NCBI GenBank assembly: GCA_019638615.1
Contig: JAHBTL010000027.1
Coordinates: forward strand, 28,550-92,549
Direction of reading: 5' to 3'
Origin: Chitinophagaceae bacterium
GTDB lineage: Bacteria; Bacteroidota; Bacteroidia; Chitinophagales; Chitinophagaceae
Length of the DNA stretch: 64,000 nucleotides
Shown: positions 39,913 to 50,086 of the stretch, one piece after another
Layout: each line of letters starts with the position of its first letter
Position numbering within the stretch: the stretch's first letter is position 1
Notes under the pieces: model-generated
Seen by the model: the letters and a program-made list of their open reading frames with translations, nothing else
What the model was told of the DNA's origin: nothing
Databases searched by the model: none
Translations under genes and position numbers: made by a program

Positions 39913-39945
39913 ACTTACAAAGTCGCCATGGGCGACTTTGTAAGT
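39913..39945. terminator. Perfect 15-bp hairpin, potentially a bidirectional terminator
   Basis: ACTTACAAAGTCGCC atg GGCGACTTTGTAAGT is flanked by AAAA on the left (TTTT on the minus strand). It lies directly 3' of the tRNA-end remnant on the minus strand. Confidence 0.65.
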
Positions 39946-39957
39946 TGTTGATTTTTA

Positions 39958-39972
39958 GGCTCCCCCTTCAGG
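39958..39972 (-). repeat. 15-nt copy of the tRNA-Asn 3' end (att remnant)
   Basis: GGCTCCCCCTTCAGG is identical to 53547-53561. That segment is the acceptor/T-stem 3' end of the tRNA-Asn-like sequence. Confidence 0.7.
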
Positions 39973-40008
39973 GGATAAGCTCATGTTGAGTTTCAAACTA
40001 TTATCTCA

Positions 40009-40033
40009 AAAACCGTAAAAGAATTCGTAAAAC
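40009..40033 (+). repeat. AAACCGTAAAAGAAttCGTAAAACC motif, a possible arm-type recombinase site (left end)
   Basis: It shares AAACCGTAAAAGAA with the tandem copy at 53402-53427 in the same orientation. Confidence 0.4.
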
Positions 40034-40142
40034 CCTGCTTTTTTGACCTCTTTTTCGCGGTGAATTATCAGGGCAAAAATAAGGCTTTAAATCTTTTCAA
40101 TGACGTTTCTAAAGGCAAAATTTCAACGGTAAAAAAGTATGC

Positions 40143-41162
40143 TTAATGCTGTAATATGTTAACTCTCTCTTTCAGTTCTTTTATACGAACTATCATGTCC
40201 ACAAACGATAAAGAGGGGTTATAGATCATACTCTCCTGCATAATTCTGTAGTCTTCTTCCCAAGCCTGCAGGACAGGTTCTGGTGGTAATGGGTTGATCA
40301 TTTTAGGTAAATGGTTTGCGTAATCAATACCTCTTATAGGTGTGATGGCTTTCCGGTGCGCAACAAGTGTTTGGTACAATGCCACATTATCTAAGGCTGA
40401 GGTCGCATATTCTGTGTCCATGAGCTTTTCTAAATCATATAGATGGCGACTTTTTCGTTCAACCCTTATTCGGTCGATCGGTAATTGAAACTCTTCATGC
40501 AGTAGGAAAATTTTTTCCAGAAAAGTGCGGTCCGGGGTCACTGTCGGCACAGTGATCGGTAAGTCAGCAAAAGGGCGTCCAGCATATTGCTCACCTACTA
40601 AAGAGGTAAAACTTCGAGGTACAAAGGGCTCTATCAGGGAACGACTGCCAATTTCTATCAATATCCTGGGTTGTAAGTATTTAACTTTTTCTGTTGTCGC
40701 AGGATAGTACACTGCTATTTTTAAAGGATCATTATCATGTGCAGTCACATCAATAATATCAAGTGTAACGGTAAGTCCGGCTTTTATAAATCTATCCTTC
40801 AACTCGGCAAGATACATTTCATGTATAAACTTGAAAGAATGTTTACGCAACTTAGCAACCTGTGAGGCGGTCATCTCTGCGTCTGTTTGATTAAAGCCTA
40901 GAAAACGTCTATCAAGCGCCAAGTCTATATCTTCGGAGAAACGGTCTATAAGGCCCCAGGCCTTGCTCAAAGAGGTTCCTCCTTTAAAGACAACATGTGC
41001 TGCAATAGATGTATCATAAATGGTCTCAAGTGTGCGAACTACCCACCAGTCTTTTTCAACGGCTGCCGGAGGAATATTTTTATTGGCAGAAACTTCTGTA
41101 AATATTGCTTGCTTATCGCTATTGCCCAGTTGCTGCCATATTTTTATTACTTCAGTATTCAT
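40143..41162 (-). CDS. abiEii: Nucleotidyltransferase AbiEii/AbiGii-family toxin
   Basis: 339 aa with the motif VFKGGTSLSKAWGLIDRFSEDIDLAL. It overlaps the upstream antitoxin gene by 4 nt. Confidence 0.8.
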   Translation of the reverse strand: MNTEVIKIWQQLGNSDKQAIFTEVSANKNIPPAAVEKDWWVVRTLETIYDTSIAAHVVFKGGTSLSKAWGLIDRFSEDIDLALDRRFLGFNQTDAEMTASQVAKLRKHSFKFIHEMYLAELKDRFIKAGLTVTLDIIDVTAHDNDPLKIAVYYPATTEKVKYLQPRILIEIGSRSLIEPFVPRSFTSLVGEQYAGRPFADLPITVPTVTPDRTFLEKIFLLHEEFQLPIDRIRVERKSRHLYDLEKLMDTEYATSALDNVALYQTLVAHRKAITPIRGIDYANHLPKMINPLPPEPVLQAWEEDYRIMQESMIYNPSLSFVDMIVRIKELKERVNILQH

Positions 41163-41770
41163 TCGTTTTCAGAGATTGCTTTTCTAATAATTTTTCTGAT
41201 CCATTCCGGAGCCATGCTAATGTCGTGTACAATGTTTTCGCGGCTTTCCCTTTGAAGTATTTCCATCAATTTCTTTTCCTCTTGCGGATCAACTTTACCT
41301 TCTCCAATGGCTTTTAATGCCTGTATCACTAAACCGCTAATCGGTCCTTTGACCGAAAGATTTCTGGGACTGGTTTTTTTAAATAGAATGGCTCGCTTAC
41401 CGACTTTTATTTTGCGCGACGCACCATCTGTAAGATACACAGCATTTAATGGTACCTGAGTAGATAGCCCTAACGCATTCAAAGCGTAAACCCCAGTAGG
41501 GATAATTCGGGCTCTGTCCCTCTGAGCAATAGCCATAGCAATCTCTTCTATTGAGGGAGTAAGGTTGCCCAGCAGTTTGCTTTTCTTGGGATACAAATAA
41601 ATTCCAAAAGCCAGCCTTGTAAGCAAGCCTTGTTGCTCTAATCGCAGCAGCGTTTTTTTTATCACCTCAGTATCGCCCAGGTCAACAAAATCGCCTGGAA
41701 AGAAAATGCTACCCCTTTTCCGCTTTTTAATACGAGCCTCAACCTGTTTATGTATTGACAATGTTGCCAT
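41159..41770 (-). CDS. abiEi: AbiEi-type (DUF6088-like) antitoxin/transcriptional regulator
   Basis: 203 aa with an N-terminal winged-helix-like region (IKKTLLRLEQQGLLTRLAFGIYLYPK). It is translationally coupled to the NTase gene. Confidence 0.7.
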   Translation of the reverse strand: MATLSIHKQVEARIKKRKRGSIFFPGDFVDLGDTEVIKKTLLRLEQQGLLTRLAFGIYLYPKKSKLLGNLTPSIEEIAMAIAQRDRARIIPTGVYALNALGLSTQVPLNAVYLTDGASRKIKVGKRAILFKKTSPRNLSVKGPISGLVIQALKAIGEGKVDPQEEKKLMEILQRESRENIVHDISMAPEWIRKIIRKAISENE

Positions 41771-41780
41771 CTCTTAAATA

Positions 41781-41813
41781 ATGTCCCAAATTTAGTACAT
41801 ATTTGGGACACAT
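41781..41813. promoter_or_regulatory. Inverted repeat upstream of abiEi (candidate autoregulatory operator)
   Basis: ATGTCCCAAATttagtacatATTTGGGACAcat begins 11 nt upstream of the abiEi start codon. Confidence 0.5.
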
Positions 41814-42246
41814 TAAAAAGCAGTTAATCGTTTAAAAACCATATACATATAGGTATAATTAACTAATATTCAATTATTTGGAATATATTTTAGCCAAAGA
41901 ATAGAAATAGAAGGTATCCAGAACTTAGCCAATATTTGCCACAATGCTATCAGTCGATAAATCTGAATATTTTCTGGGAGGGAAAACCGCAGTAGAGTAT
42001 ATTATCAACAGACTACCACATTAAGTGGTTTCAAAAAAATTCTTCACTTTTTATTCATATCTCTTTTTTTATCGATGGCTGACCAAAAAGGTAAATGAAG
42101 GCGCTGAGAATCGCATAAACGACTATTAGTCTCCATCACCTACCCGAATAAATTATTTATTTAGCGACCTTTTTGGTCATTCCCAAAAGCAATCAATCTC
42201 CTTCGCTCAAAAATTTGCAAAATACCTCAGTTATAACAATCAAACA

Positions 42247-43047
42247 TTGTTTTCAACGGAAACATTGATAGTTCAGGTACGTGCTTTTGCAAAAGCAATC
42301 AATGTCTATCTCGATGGTCAAGAAAAGCAATGGATCCAATATATGGTCGCACAACAATTGATCAATGCCGGAATTGCAAATAATGGTAAGCAGGAAAAAT
42401 ATATTTATTATACACAACCACCAGATATATTTGAAACAGCTTGCATATTAAGGAATGGGAGTTTAATTTCTCATGGCTCTGCTGCATTTCTTCATGGCTT
42501 AAGCGATTATAGCCGTAACATCTATATATCTGTTCCTCAAAAATCGATTAAAGAAATTGGTGAGGCAACTATCTTACAGGAAAACATTGAAGCCGCCTTC
42601 AAAAAGAAACAACGAACCTCTAATGACAGATGGATTTACGGAGACCACTGTTTCATTTATCACACATGTTCCGAAATATCTTCTGATCATTTGACTAAAA
42701 TACACGGGCTGCCATTAACCACACTCGAAAAAACTTTAGTAGATATGGCAGTTAGACCAACCTATTCAGGCGGTGCAATAGCAATATTAAATGCATATAG
42801 AAGGGCCATGCCCTCTGCTTCAATTGAAAAAATCGTCTTAATAATGGATGAAATGAACTACTCATATCCTTATCACCAAGCAATAGGATTCTACCTCTCG
42901 AATGCAGGTTTTGATCGAAATCAACTTGTATCTCTTCGATCTAGAAAAATGAAATACAAATTCTTCCTTGACTATAACATGCAAGGTGCTATGTTTGATC
43001 CTCAGTGGAATTTATATTACCCGGCTGACATGAGTATCCTATTGTAA
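42247..43047 (+). CDS. AbiEi_4-like antitoxin-domain protein without an adjacent toxin; start uncertain (TTG)
   Basis: 266 aa. ILRNGSLISHGSAAFLHGLSDYSRNIYISVPQ resembles the N-terminal domain of AbiEi antitoxins. Confidence 0.5.
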   Translation: MFSTETLIVQVRAFAKAINVYLDGQEKQWIQYMVAQQLINAGIANNGKQEKYIYYTQPPDIFETACILRNGSLISHGSAAFLHGLSDYSRNIYISVPQKSIKEIGEATILQENIEAAFKKKQRTSNDRWIYGDHCFIYHTCSEISSDHLTKIHGLPLTTLEKTLVDMAVRPTYSGGAIAILNAYRRAMPSASIEKIVLIMDEMNYSYPYHQAIGFYLSNAGFDRNQLVSLRSRKMKYKFFLDYNMQGAMFDPQWNLYYPADMSILL

Positions 43048-43116
43048 TATCTAGTTCGAAAAAAACAATACCTATTTTAGCAACGCAGTTTACTTTAATC
43101 CCAATTAAGCTTATTG

Positions 43117-44072
43117 CTACATATTTATCTGAAAGCTTTTAAGTCCGTCTTTGATTTTTTGTCCTTTTAGAATCCTGAACCCATCAACGATATCAAGAAT
43201 AGCTGCAGGTGCAAACCGGTATATCTTATTTTTTACAAAAGCAGCTAACTGGTATGCATATTGATTTTTACTGTTCAGTTTAAAGTAAGTCCTATGGGCT
43301 CGTAATTCCATCGGTGCTCCCGCGAATTCAATTACAGGTTTATTGAATAGAATACATACTATTTCTTCCAATGTCCCTTTACCTTCGAGGTTTTCAATAT
43401 AGAGCCACTGCCAATACCAGTTTAAGAATCTGTTCATCGAGCGTATTTGGATCATATTAAGATGAGCTCCTGTATCAACAAAACTCCACATTGTTTCAAC
43501 CGCTGTATCAATAGCGTTACAGAAAAATTGCTTTAGCCCATTTTTTAGTTTTTGCGGCTCATGCAGGCAGCAATAGCGATACTCATTTAAAAGCGCCCAC
43601 GCATCGGCCTGATAATCGGCTTCTTCAATAACCTTTGGAAACTGACCAATGCCGGTTGCAATTTCCTTTACCAGTCGATGACCGCTTTTGCTGTAGTGCA
43701 AAGCCTCATGAAAGAAGAATAGCCTTCCCGCTTGCCTTAGATCTGTATTGGCATCCTTATCCAATCTTTTTTTAACCCTGATAAAAAGCCGTCATCCAAA
43801 ATCCATAGACCTGTTTTCTCAGTGTATTCAAACCCTCCATCTATAGTGCTTTCGGTGAGATCAATACCGTCGTCCTTAAGGGAAGTAGCATTAATGTCTA
43901 TAACTTTATCCCAGGGTGTACATAGATGTTTTTGTATGATCTTATAGTCCTCAAGATTTTCGCAGACTGTTTGAAGCCAGTTTTCAGGTTTCATGCCGGT
44001 AACAGTCTTTATAAACGGTTTAATTTTATCCTGAAGTTGGCTTTCCCAATCTATTCTAATTTTCTGCGCCAC
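43117..44072 (-). pseudogene. HExxH-motif hypothetical protein split by a frameshift in an A7/T7 run
   Basis: ORFs 43737..44072 and 43117..43764 overlap around the T7 run at 43767-43773. A 1-nt change there fuses ...DDGFLSGLKK to RLDKDANTDLRQAGRLFFFHEALHYS. Confidence 0.55.
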
Positions 44073-44520
44073 TTTACGATCTTCATCCGTCAGGATGATG
44101 CGATCACTTACCTCTTTTGTTACCAGTTCATTTTTTTCATTTTGTTTGCGATTTTATTTGATGAGATATAAAAATTTATTCGAGATCGAATAAAACATAT
44201 AAGGTTTACAGCGCTACAGCCAATACTCTATAAACACTATGCATCACAGTATGTGAAATACCAGTATTTCCTGAATTGCATCCTTAACTGTAAAAAGCGG
44301 ACTTTGGATGATTCCTTGTTCAACCCGAGATCCATGAAAAAACATGTTGATATCTAATCAACGATTTTATTAAAGACGATTTTTTTAGAAAGCATAGGAC
44401 AATAAATATCTAAAAGCAGCAAATTCCATTCACAAACAGTCATAATAAAAATATAATAACGGTATTCTGTTTTCTGAATTTCAGTTTTTGTAATTTTATT
44501 CCGTTGTATCTAACGTCTAA

Positions 44521-45120
44521 ATGCCTGCCAGTACTTCATACTATAGTTTAAGTTTATTCAGCCAGATGGCTGATGGAGACCCAAATGCCTTCAAAGAAAT
44601 TTTTAATGCCTACTGGCCGCAGGTATATGGAACTACGCTCCGGCTTACCAAATCACCTGAGCAGGCCAAAGACCTGGCACAGGATATTTTTATGCGGTTA
44701 TGGGAAAACAGGGAAAAGCTGAAAGGTGTCCAAAACCCACAGTCTTACATTTATATTCTTTCCCGTAACCTGGTAATGGATCACCTGCGAAAAAAAGTGT
44801 TTGATCCTTCCAACATTGATTTCCTGATCAGCTATTTTCAGGGTGATGCAGCCGGCCCACAGGAAAAAATGGAACTGAGGGAACTGGAAACAACCCTGCG
44901 CCAGGCCGTGGAAACCCTGCCCGGCAAGGTGAAGGATGTGTTTCGCCTCAGCCGGTATGAAGGCCTGACCCACGAGCAGATAGCCAACAGGTTGGGTATT
45001 TCTGTTGTTTCCTCCAAGACATATACAGTCAGAGCATTGCGGCAGATCAGGTATTATTTAGCCAGTCAGTCCGATGAAATTGAACTAATGATGGTGTTCC
45101 TGGTATTCTTCTGCCGATAA
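44521..45120 (+). CDS. ECF-type RNA polymerase sigma-70 factor
   Basis: 199 aa with a region 2 (AFKEIFNAYWPQVYGTTLRLT...AQDIFMRLWE) and a region 4 HTH (LTHEQIANRLGISVVSSKTYTVRAL). The start may be Met16. Confidence 0.85.
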   Translation: MPASTSYYSLSLFSQMADGDPNAFKEIFNAYWPQVYGTTLRLTKSPEQAKDLAQDIFMRLWENREKLKGVQNPQSYIYILSRNLVMDHLRKKVFDPSNIDFLISYFQGDAAGPQEKMELRELETTLRQAVETLPGKVKDVFRLSRYEGLTHEQIANRLGISVVSSKTYTVRALRQIRYYLASQSDEIELMMVFLVFFCR

Positions 45121-45185
45121 ATTTTCTGTTTTGGCTCCTTGTCTGTATTATCCCTTCCGGATTTTCCGTCTTTATTGATTATACC

Positions 45186-46424
45186 ATGACAAATTCAAGA
45201 TTAAAACAACTACTGGACCTGTATTTCCGGGACCAAATCAGCCCGGAAGGACTCCGGGAATTACAGCAACTGATCAGTCATGAACATGGTGCGCCGGACA
45301 TGGACGATTTCCTGCAAAATGCTTACTCCGATCCTCGATGGGCGGTTAGCGAAGACTATAATAAAGAGCAGGTGTACCAGGAGTTACTGGTAAAACTGAC
45401 GGATATAAAAGAAAATACTCCTCCTACGTTACCCCTGACAAGTTCCAGAAGACGATGGACTGTTTATCAACGAATGGTGGCTGCCGCATCTGTCGTTATT
45501 TTGGTGTTGGCTACCGGCGTTTATTTTTTGCTGAGGCCAGAGAAACAGTCTCCGCAGGTCGCCCACTCCCGGATTACCGAAGACGTGCATGCCCCTCAAA
45601 CCACAAAAGCCATAATCACCCTGGCTGACGGCCGCGTGGTTACCGTTGACAGCCTGACGACCCTGTCACAGCATACTGTCGCTCTTACCAAAACACCGGA
45701 CGGCAAGATTGTCTACACAGGCAACACGCAGCAGGTAGCATATAATACGCTTACCAATCCTAAAGGATCGCCGGTCATTGATATAACGCTTTCCGATGGC
45801 TCCCGGGTATGGCTCAATGCCGGATCAGCCGTCACCTACCCGGTTGCGTTCTCCGGTCATGACAGAAAAATAAGTATTAACGGGGAAGCGTACCTGGAAG
45901 TAGCGCACGACAAATCCCACCCGTTCTATGTTGCCAAAAACAACGTGCAGGTGCAGGTACTGGGAACGCATTTTAATGTGAATGCATATGACGATGAAAG
46001 CAATATTAAGGTAACGTTGCTGGAAGGCGCCGTTGCCGTGTCTTATGACCGGCAACAACAATCTCCTTCCAACCCCACCGGCGGGGCTGTAATCCTCAAG
46101 CCTGGCCAGCAGGCGCGAATCGTCAATACGATGCAGATCGATCAACAGGCGCAAGGGGGAATAACCGTCGTAGATGCAGATATAGAAAAAGTGATAGCCT
46201 GGAAAAACGGATTATTCAATTTCGACGGAGCAAGTTTGTATGAAGCCATGCGGCAGATTGAGCGGTGGTACGATATAGACGTTGTGTATGAAAAAGGAGT
46301 TCAAAACAAAGAGTTTGTGGGGGAACTTACGAAGGGCGTTACGCTTACTCAATTATTAGAGGGACTTGAGGAGTTCGGTATGCATTACCGGCTTGAGGGC
46401 AAAACACTAACCTTGCTACCTTAG
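45186..46424 (+). CDS. FecR-family anti-sigma factor
   Basis: 412 aa with a single TM (VAAASVVILVLATGVYFLL), a FecR domain (ITLSDGSRVWLNAGSAVTYP...VLGTHFNVNAYD) and a DUF4974-like C-terminus. Confidence 0.85.
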   Translation: MTNSRLKQLLDLYFRDQISPEGLRELQQLISHEHGAPDMDDFLQNAYSDPRWAVSEDYNKEQVYQELLVKLTDIKENTPPTLPLTSSRRRWTVYQRMVAAASVVILVLATGVYFLLRPEKQSPQVAHSRITEDVHAPQTTKAIITLADGRVVTVDSLTTLSQHTVALTKTPDGKIVYTGNTQQVAYNTLTNPKGSPVIDITLSDGSRVWLNAGSAVTYPVAFSGHDRKISINGEAYLEVAHDKSHPFYVAKNNVQVQVLGTHFNVNAYDDESNIKVTLLEGAVAVSYDRQQQSPSNPTGGAVILKPGQQARIVNTMQIDQQAQGGITVVDADIEKVIAWKNGLFNFDGASLYEAMRQIERWYDIDVVYEKGVQNKEFVGELTKGVTLTQLLEGLEEFGMHYRLEGKTLTLLP

Positions 46425-46698
46425 AGAAGTTTGTAAACAAATATTCTTTATAAACCGGATCAGCCATTTAAAAACAAACCGGGAGCGCTGCAAACACTCC
46501 CGGCGATGTGTTGGTTGATCCAAAGGCTGTTACCATTTTTTCAAACCAAACCAAACCAAAATTATGCAAAAAAAGTCTATTGATGGCATGGGTCTGTTCT
46601 TCCATTCCATGACTTCATTCCAGGCTGTATCTCCTGACCAACCTGCTTTCCGTACTGTAGCAGATTCGTTCAGGCTACCGATTCAAACACTGAAAATT

Positions 46699-49600
46699 AT
46701 GAGACTGCTTTCTGTTTTTCTTTTCGCCGCTTCGCTCGCCGTCTCTGCCCGGCCAGCCGCCCAAACCGTTACGCTTTCAGGGAAGAATCTCAGTTTAAAG
46801 CAAGTGTTTTCGGCTATTAAAAAGCAAACCGGCTATGTCGTTTTCAGCGAAAAAGGCCAGTTGACTGACACCAGGCCTGTATCGCTTTCCGTTGAGAATA
46901 TTGCGCTTGCAGATGTGCTGGATAAGGCGTTAACACCTAACGGGCTTACTTATATTATTCGCGGTAAAACCATTTTTGTAGCCAAAGCCCCTGTTAACCC
47001 AAAGCCTGAAAAATTAAAGAACAACGGAACAGAAGAAGAAAAAACGGGTCTCGTAAATGGCCGGGTGACCAATTCCAGGAAGGAACCCCTGGAAGGTGTA
47101 AGTGTAACGGTTAAAGGCACTCAGGCAGGCACTACTACTAATGCCGACGGAAGATTCCAGATATCTGTGCCCTCCACCAATAATGTAGAGTTGGTTTTTT
47201 CATTTGTGGGATATGCAACGCAAACGGTAAAGGCAGGAAGCCGGGCTGTGTTTGATATCGTAATGGAAGAAGCGACTACTGATTTGAGTGATGTAGTAGT
47301 GGTAGGATATGGAACGCAGAAAAGAAAAGATTTAACCGGGTCGGTGGCATCGGTTAAAATTGAAAGTATTAAAGATATGCCGGTTACCTCAGTAGAACAG
47401 GCTCTGCACGGGCAGATCGCCGGCGTTCAGATTACTCAAAATACAGGAGCACCTGGCGCATCTTCCCTTATAAGGATACGTGGCGGTAATTCAATAAATG
47501 GAGAAAATGAACCACTGTTCGTAATAGACGGCATACCTGTATCCCAGGGAACTGCGGGCCTTGCTACCGGGATCTTGCGAAGCCCCACCCTGAATGCGCT
47601 GTCTTTAATCAATCCAAACGACATTGCTTCCATAGACGTGCTTAAAGATGCATCTGCGACCGCAATATATGGCTCCCGTGGGGCAAATGGCGTCATTTTG
47701 ATCACAACAAAAACAGGGTCCACCACTAAACCCCGGATTAACCTGAATATGTATACGGGTGTGCAAAAACCGAGAAATATCCCCCAACTGCTAAATGCAC
47801 AACAATATGCAACAACTATTAACGAATATAACGAAGCTGTAGGGATACCTCCTGAATATACTTCTGCAGAGATTGCTGCTTTGGGAGAGGGAACTAACTG
47901 GATGGACGAAATTTTGAGAACAGCCCCGATCCACAATTTTCAAATGTCGGCCCAGGGGAAAAGTGAAACTTTTAAGTATAATATCTCGGGAGGATATTTT
48001 GGACAGTCCGGAATCATCAGCAATTCAAAAATAGACAGGTACTCACTGATCGCCAATTTTGAAAAACAATTAAATGACAGGCTAACTATTACCAGCGGAA
48101 GCATATTGACCTATGCAAAAAATAATGGCGTGATCAGTATAGGCGGCTATTCCAATACCGGGGTACCTTCTGTAATTTTTTCGGCGTTACAATACGATCC
48201 TACATCACCTGTCAAGGACGCTTCAGGAAATTATGTGTTCAGTCCATTGATGGAATCCGGCCGATTAAGCAATCCGTCAGCAACTATAAACGAAGTTGAA
48301 AATACAACGAAAGCAGTGAGGGCGCTGGAAAACCTGTCTTTAAACTATAAAATACTCAAAGATTTAACCTTAAAAATTTCCGGTGCTGTAGATTTCATGA
48401 CGAGTAAAGAATCGTTTTATGAAAGCAGGCAGGTGATTGAAGGAAGGGATAATAACGGTGTTGCAAGTTTAGCCAGTATAAATAATTACGGACTACTCAA
48501 TGAAAACACATTGGTTTACGATAAAATGCTGGGCAATGCGCACAAACTGAATGTATTGGGCGGGCTTACGTTTCAGTCCAATCGTATAGAATCAATGATT
48601 GCGAATGCAAGGGGGTTTATAACCGATGCTTTGGGAACGGGCAACCTGGGTTTAGCATCCAACGTGCTACAACCCGGCTCAAATATTAACGAATGGTCGC
48701 TACTATCGTATTTAGGGAGAGTAAATTATTCTTACGATAACCGCTTTTTAATTACTGCCACGGCCAGGTATGACGGGTCGTCCCGATTTGGAGAGAAGAA
48801 ACGTTTTGGGTTCTTTCCGTCTGCGGCAGTAGCTTGGAAACTTTCCGAAGAGAATTTTATCAGGGAAACAAATATTTTCGAGGATCTGAAACTCCGTGTG
48901 AGTTATGGTCTCACCGGGAACCAGGCGGTATCTCCCTACCAGACTATTGCGCGGTTAACAGGATCGAGAGTAATATTCAACAATCAGGTTCAGTCTGGCC
49001 TTTCGCCTTCGAACATTCCTAACCCGGATCTTGGTTGGGAGCAAACAGCACAATTCAATGCAGGAATTGATTTCTCTGTTTTGAAAGGAAATCTATCGCT
49101 TTCCGTTGACTATTATCACAAAAAGACCAGCGATTTATTATTTGACCGGAATATTCAGATGAGTTCAGGATTCTCTTCAATAACCTCCAATCTTGGTAAG
49201 ATGCAGAACTCAGGCATAGAATTTTTGTTAACCTCCACCATTTTATCTGGTGCAGTAGATTGGAACATCAATCTTAATGCATCCCGCAACTGGAACAAAG
49301 TGCTGGACCTGGGAGGCACAAAAAGATGGCTTGTAAATTTGAATGAGGGTATTGTCTATGGAGACATAGTGGTAGAAACGGGACAGTCCCTGGGTAATTT
49401 TTATGGATATGTAAGTGATGGCATTTTTCAAAGCACTGAAGAAGTTGCCAAAAGTGCTCAACATTCGGCTAAACCCGGTGACAGGAGATTTTTGGATATA
49501 AGTGGTCCGGATGGTATTCCTGATGGCGAATTAACAGATGCCGACCGTGTAGTGTTGGGCAATTTTCAACCCAAATGGCAGTTTGGGCTTACTAATCAAT

Positions 49601-50070
49601 TGTCATGGCATAACCTGGAGCTGAGTTTTGTATTTCAGGGCGTACAGGGAAATAAGATTTTTAATGCCCAAAAAATGTTTCTTGAAAATTTCATGCCCTA
49701 TAGCAATACCTCAGTCGCTGTCCTTTCAGCCTGGACACCTCAAAACCCATCAACTGATATTCCGAGGCTGGGTACAGGGCCGGAGTCAAAAACCCATCAG
49801 TTAACCAGTCGTTTTATAGAGGATGGCTCTTATCTAAGGTTAAAGAACATCTCTATCGGATACAGGTTCAGCGGCAACTGGCTAAAAAGAGCATCCGTAA
49901 GCAATCTAAGGGTTTTTGTCAGCGGACAGGATTTAGTAACAATAACCAGCTATTCCGGCTTCGATCCTGAAGTAAACAGGTATGGGCAGACTAATCTGCG
50001 CCAGGGAGTTGATCTGGGAGTCTATCCACGGGCAAAAACGTATACAATTGGATTGTCAATGGACTTTTAA
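46699..50070 (+). CDS. susC: SusC/RagA-family TonB-dependent receptor with N-terminal STN signalling domain
   Basis: The start is taken at ATG 46699 (signal peptide). An STN-like segment (LKQVFSAIKKQTGYVVF...LTYIIRGKTIFV) is followed by a carboxypeptidase-regulatory-like domain (GRVTNSRKEPLEGVSVTVKGT), a TonB box region (DVVVVGYGTQKRKDLTGSV) and a terminal F. Confidence 0.9.
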   Translation: MRLLSVFLFAASLAVSARPAAQTVTLSGKNLSLKQVFSAIKKQTGYVVFSEKGQLTDTRPVSLSVENIALADVLDKALTPNGLTYIIRGKTIFVAKAPVNPKPEKLKNNGTEEEKTGLVNGRVTNSRKEPLEGVSVTVKGTQAGTTTNADGRFQISVPSTNNVELVFSFVGYATQTVKAGSRAVFDIVMEEATTDLSDVVVVGYGTQKRKDLTGSVASVKIESIKDMPVTSVEQALHGQIAGVQITQNTGAPGASSLIRIRGGNSINGENEPLFVIDGIPVSQGTAGLATGILRSPTLNALSLINPNDIASIDVLKDASATAIYGSRGANGVILITTKTGSTTKPRINLNMYTGVQKPRNIPQLLNAQQYATTINEYNEAVGIPPEYTSAEIAALGEGTNWMDEILRTAPIHNFQMSAQGKSETFKYNISGGYFGQSGIISNSKIDRYSLIANFEKQLNDRLTITSGSILTYAKNNGVISIGGYSNTGVPSVIFSALQYDPTSPVKDASGNYVFSPLMESGRLSNPSATINEVENTTKAVRALENLSLNYKILKDLTLKISGAVDFMTSKESFYESRQVIEGRDNNGVASLASINNYGLLNENTLVYDKMLGNAHKLNVLGGLTFQSNRIESMIANARGFITDALGTGNLGLASNVLQPGSNINEWSLLSYLGRVNYSYDNRFLITATARYDGSSRFGEKKRFGFFPSAAVAWKLSEENFIRETNIFEDLKLRVSYGLTGNQAVSPYQTIARLTGSRVIFNNQVQSGLSPSNIPNPDLGWEQTAQFNAGIDFSVLKGNLSLSVDYYHKKTSDLLFDRNIQMSSGFSSITSNLGKMQNSGIEFLLTSTILSGAVDWNINLNASRNWNKVLDLGGTKRWLVNLNEGIVYGDIVVETGQSLGNFYGYVSDGIFQSTEEVAKSAQHSAKPGDRRFLDISGPDGIPDGELTDADRVVLGNFQPKWQFGLTNQLSWHNLELSFVFQGVQGNKIFNAQKMFLENFMPYSNTSVAVLSAWTPQNPSTDIPRLGTGPESKTHQLTSRFIEDGSYLRLKNISIGYRFSGNWLKRASVSNLRVFVSGQDLVTITSYSGFDPEVNRYGQTNLRQGVDLGVYPRAKTYTIGLSMDF

Positions 50071-50086
50071 ACTAAAAATCATAATT

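Noticed and set aside
46542-46561. (CAAAC)n-like microsatellite CAAACCAAACCAAACCAAAA before susC, and the CCGGGAG-n11-CTCCCGG hairpin at 46479-46503
   Set aside because: Three units are too short to argue phase variation. The hairpin lacks a T-tail, so I do not call it a terminator. Either may be part of the ECF-dependent promoter region, but I cannot show that.
47436-47936. Long antisense ORFs inside large genes (for example 47436..47936 in susC, 35691..36104 in the peptidase, 9344..9832, 10021..10401, 28730..29140, 31152..31550)
   Set aside because: These are shadow ORFs fully contained in well-supported genes on the other strand, with no motifs or independent start or stop context.
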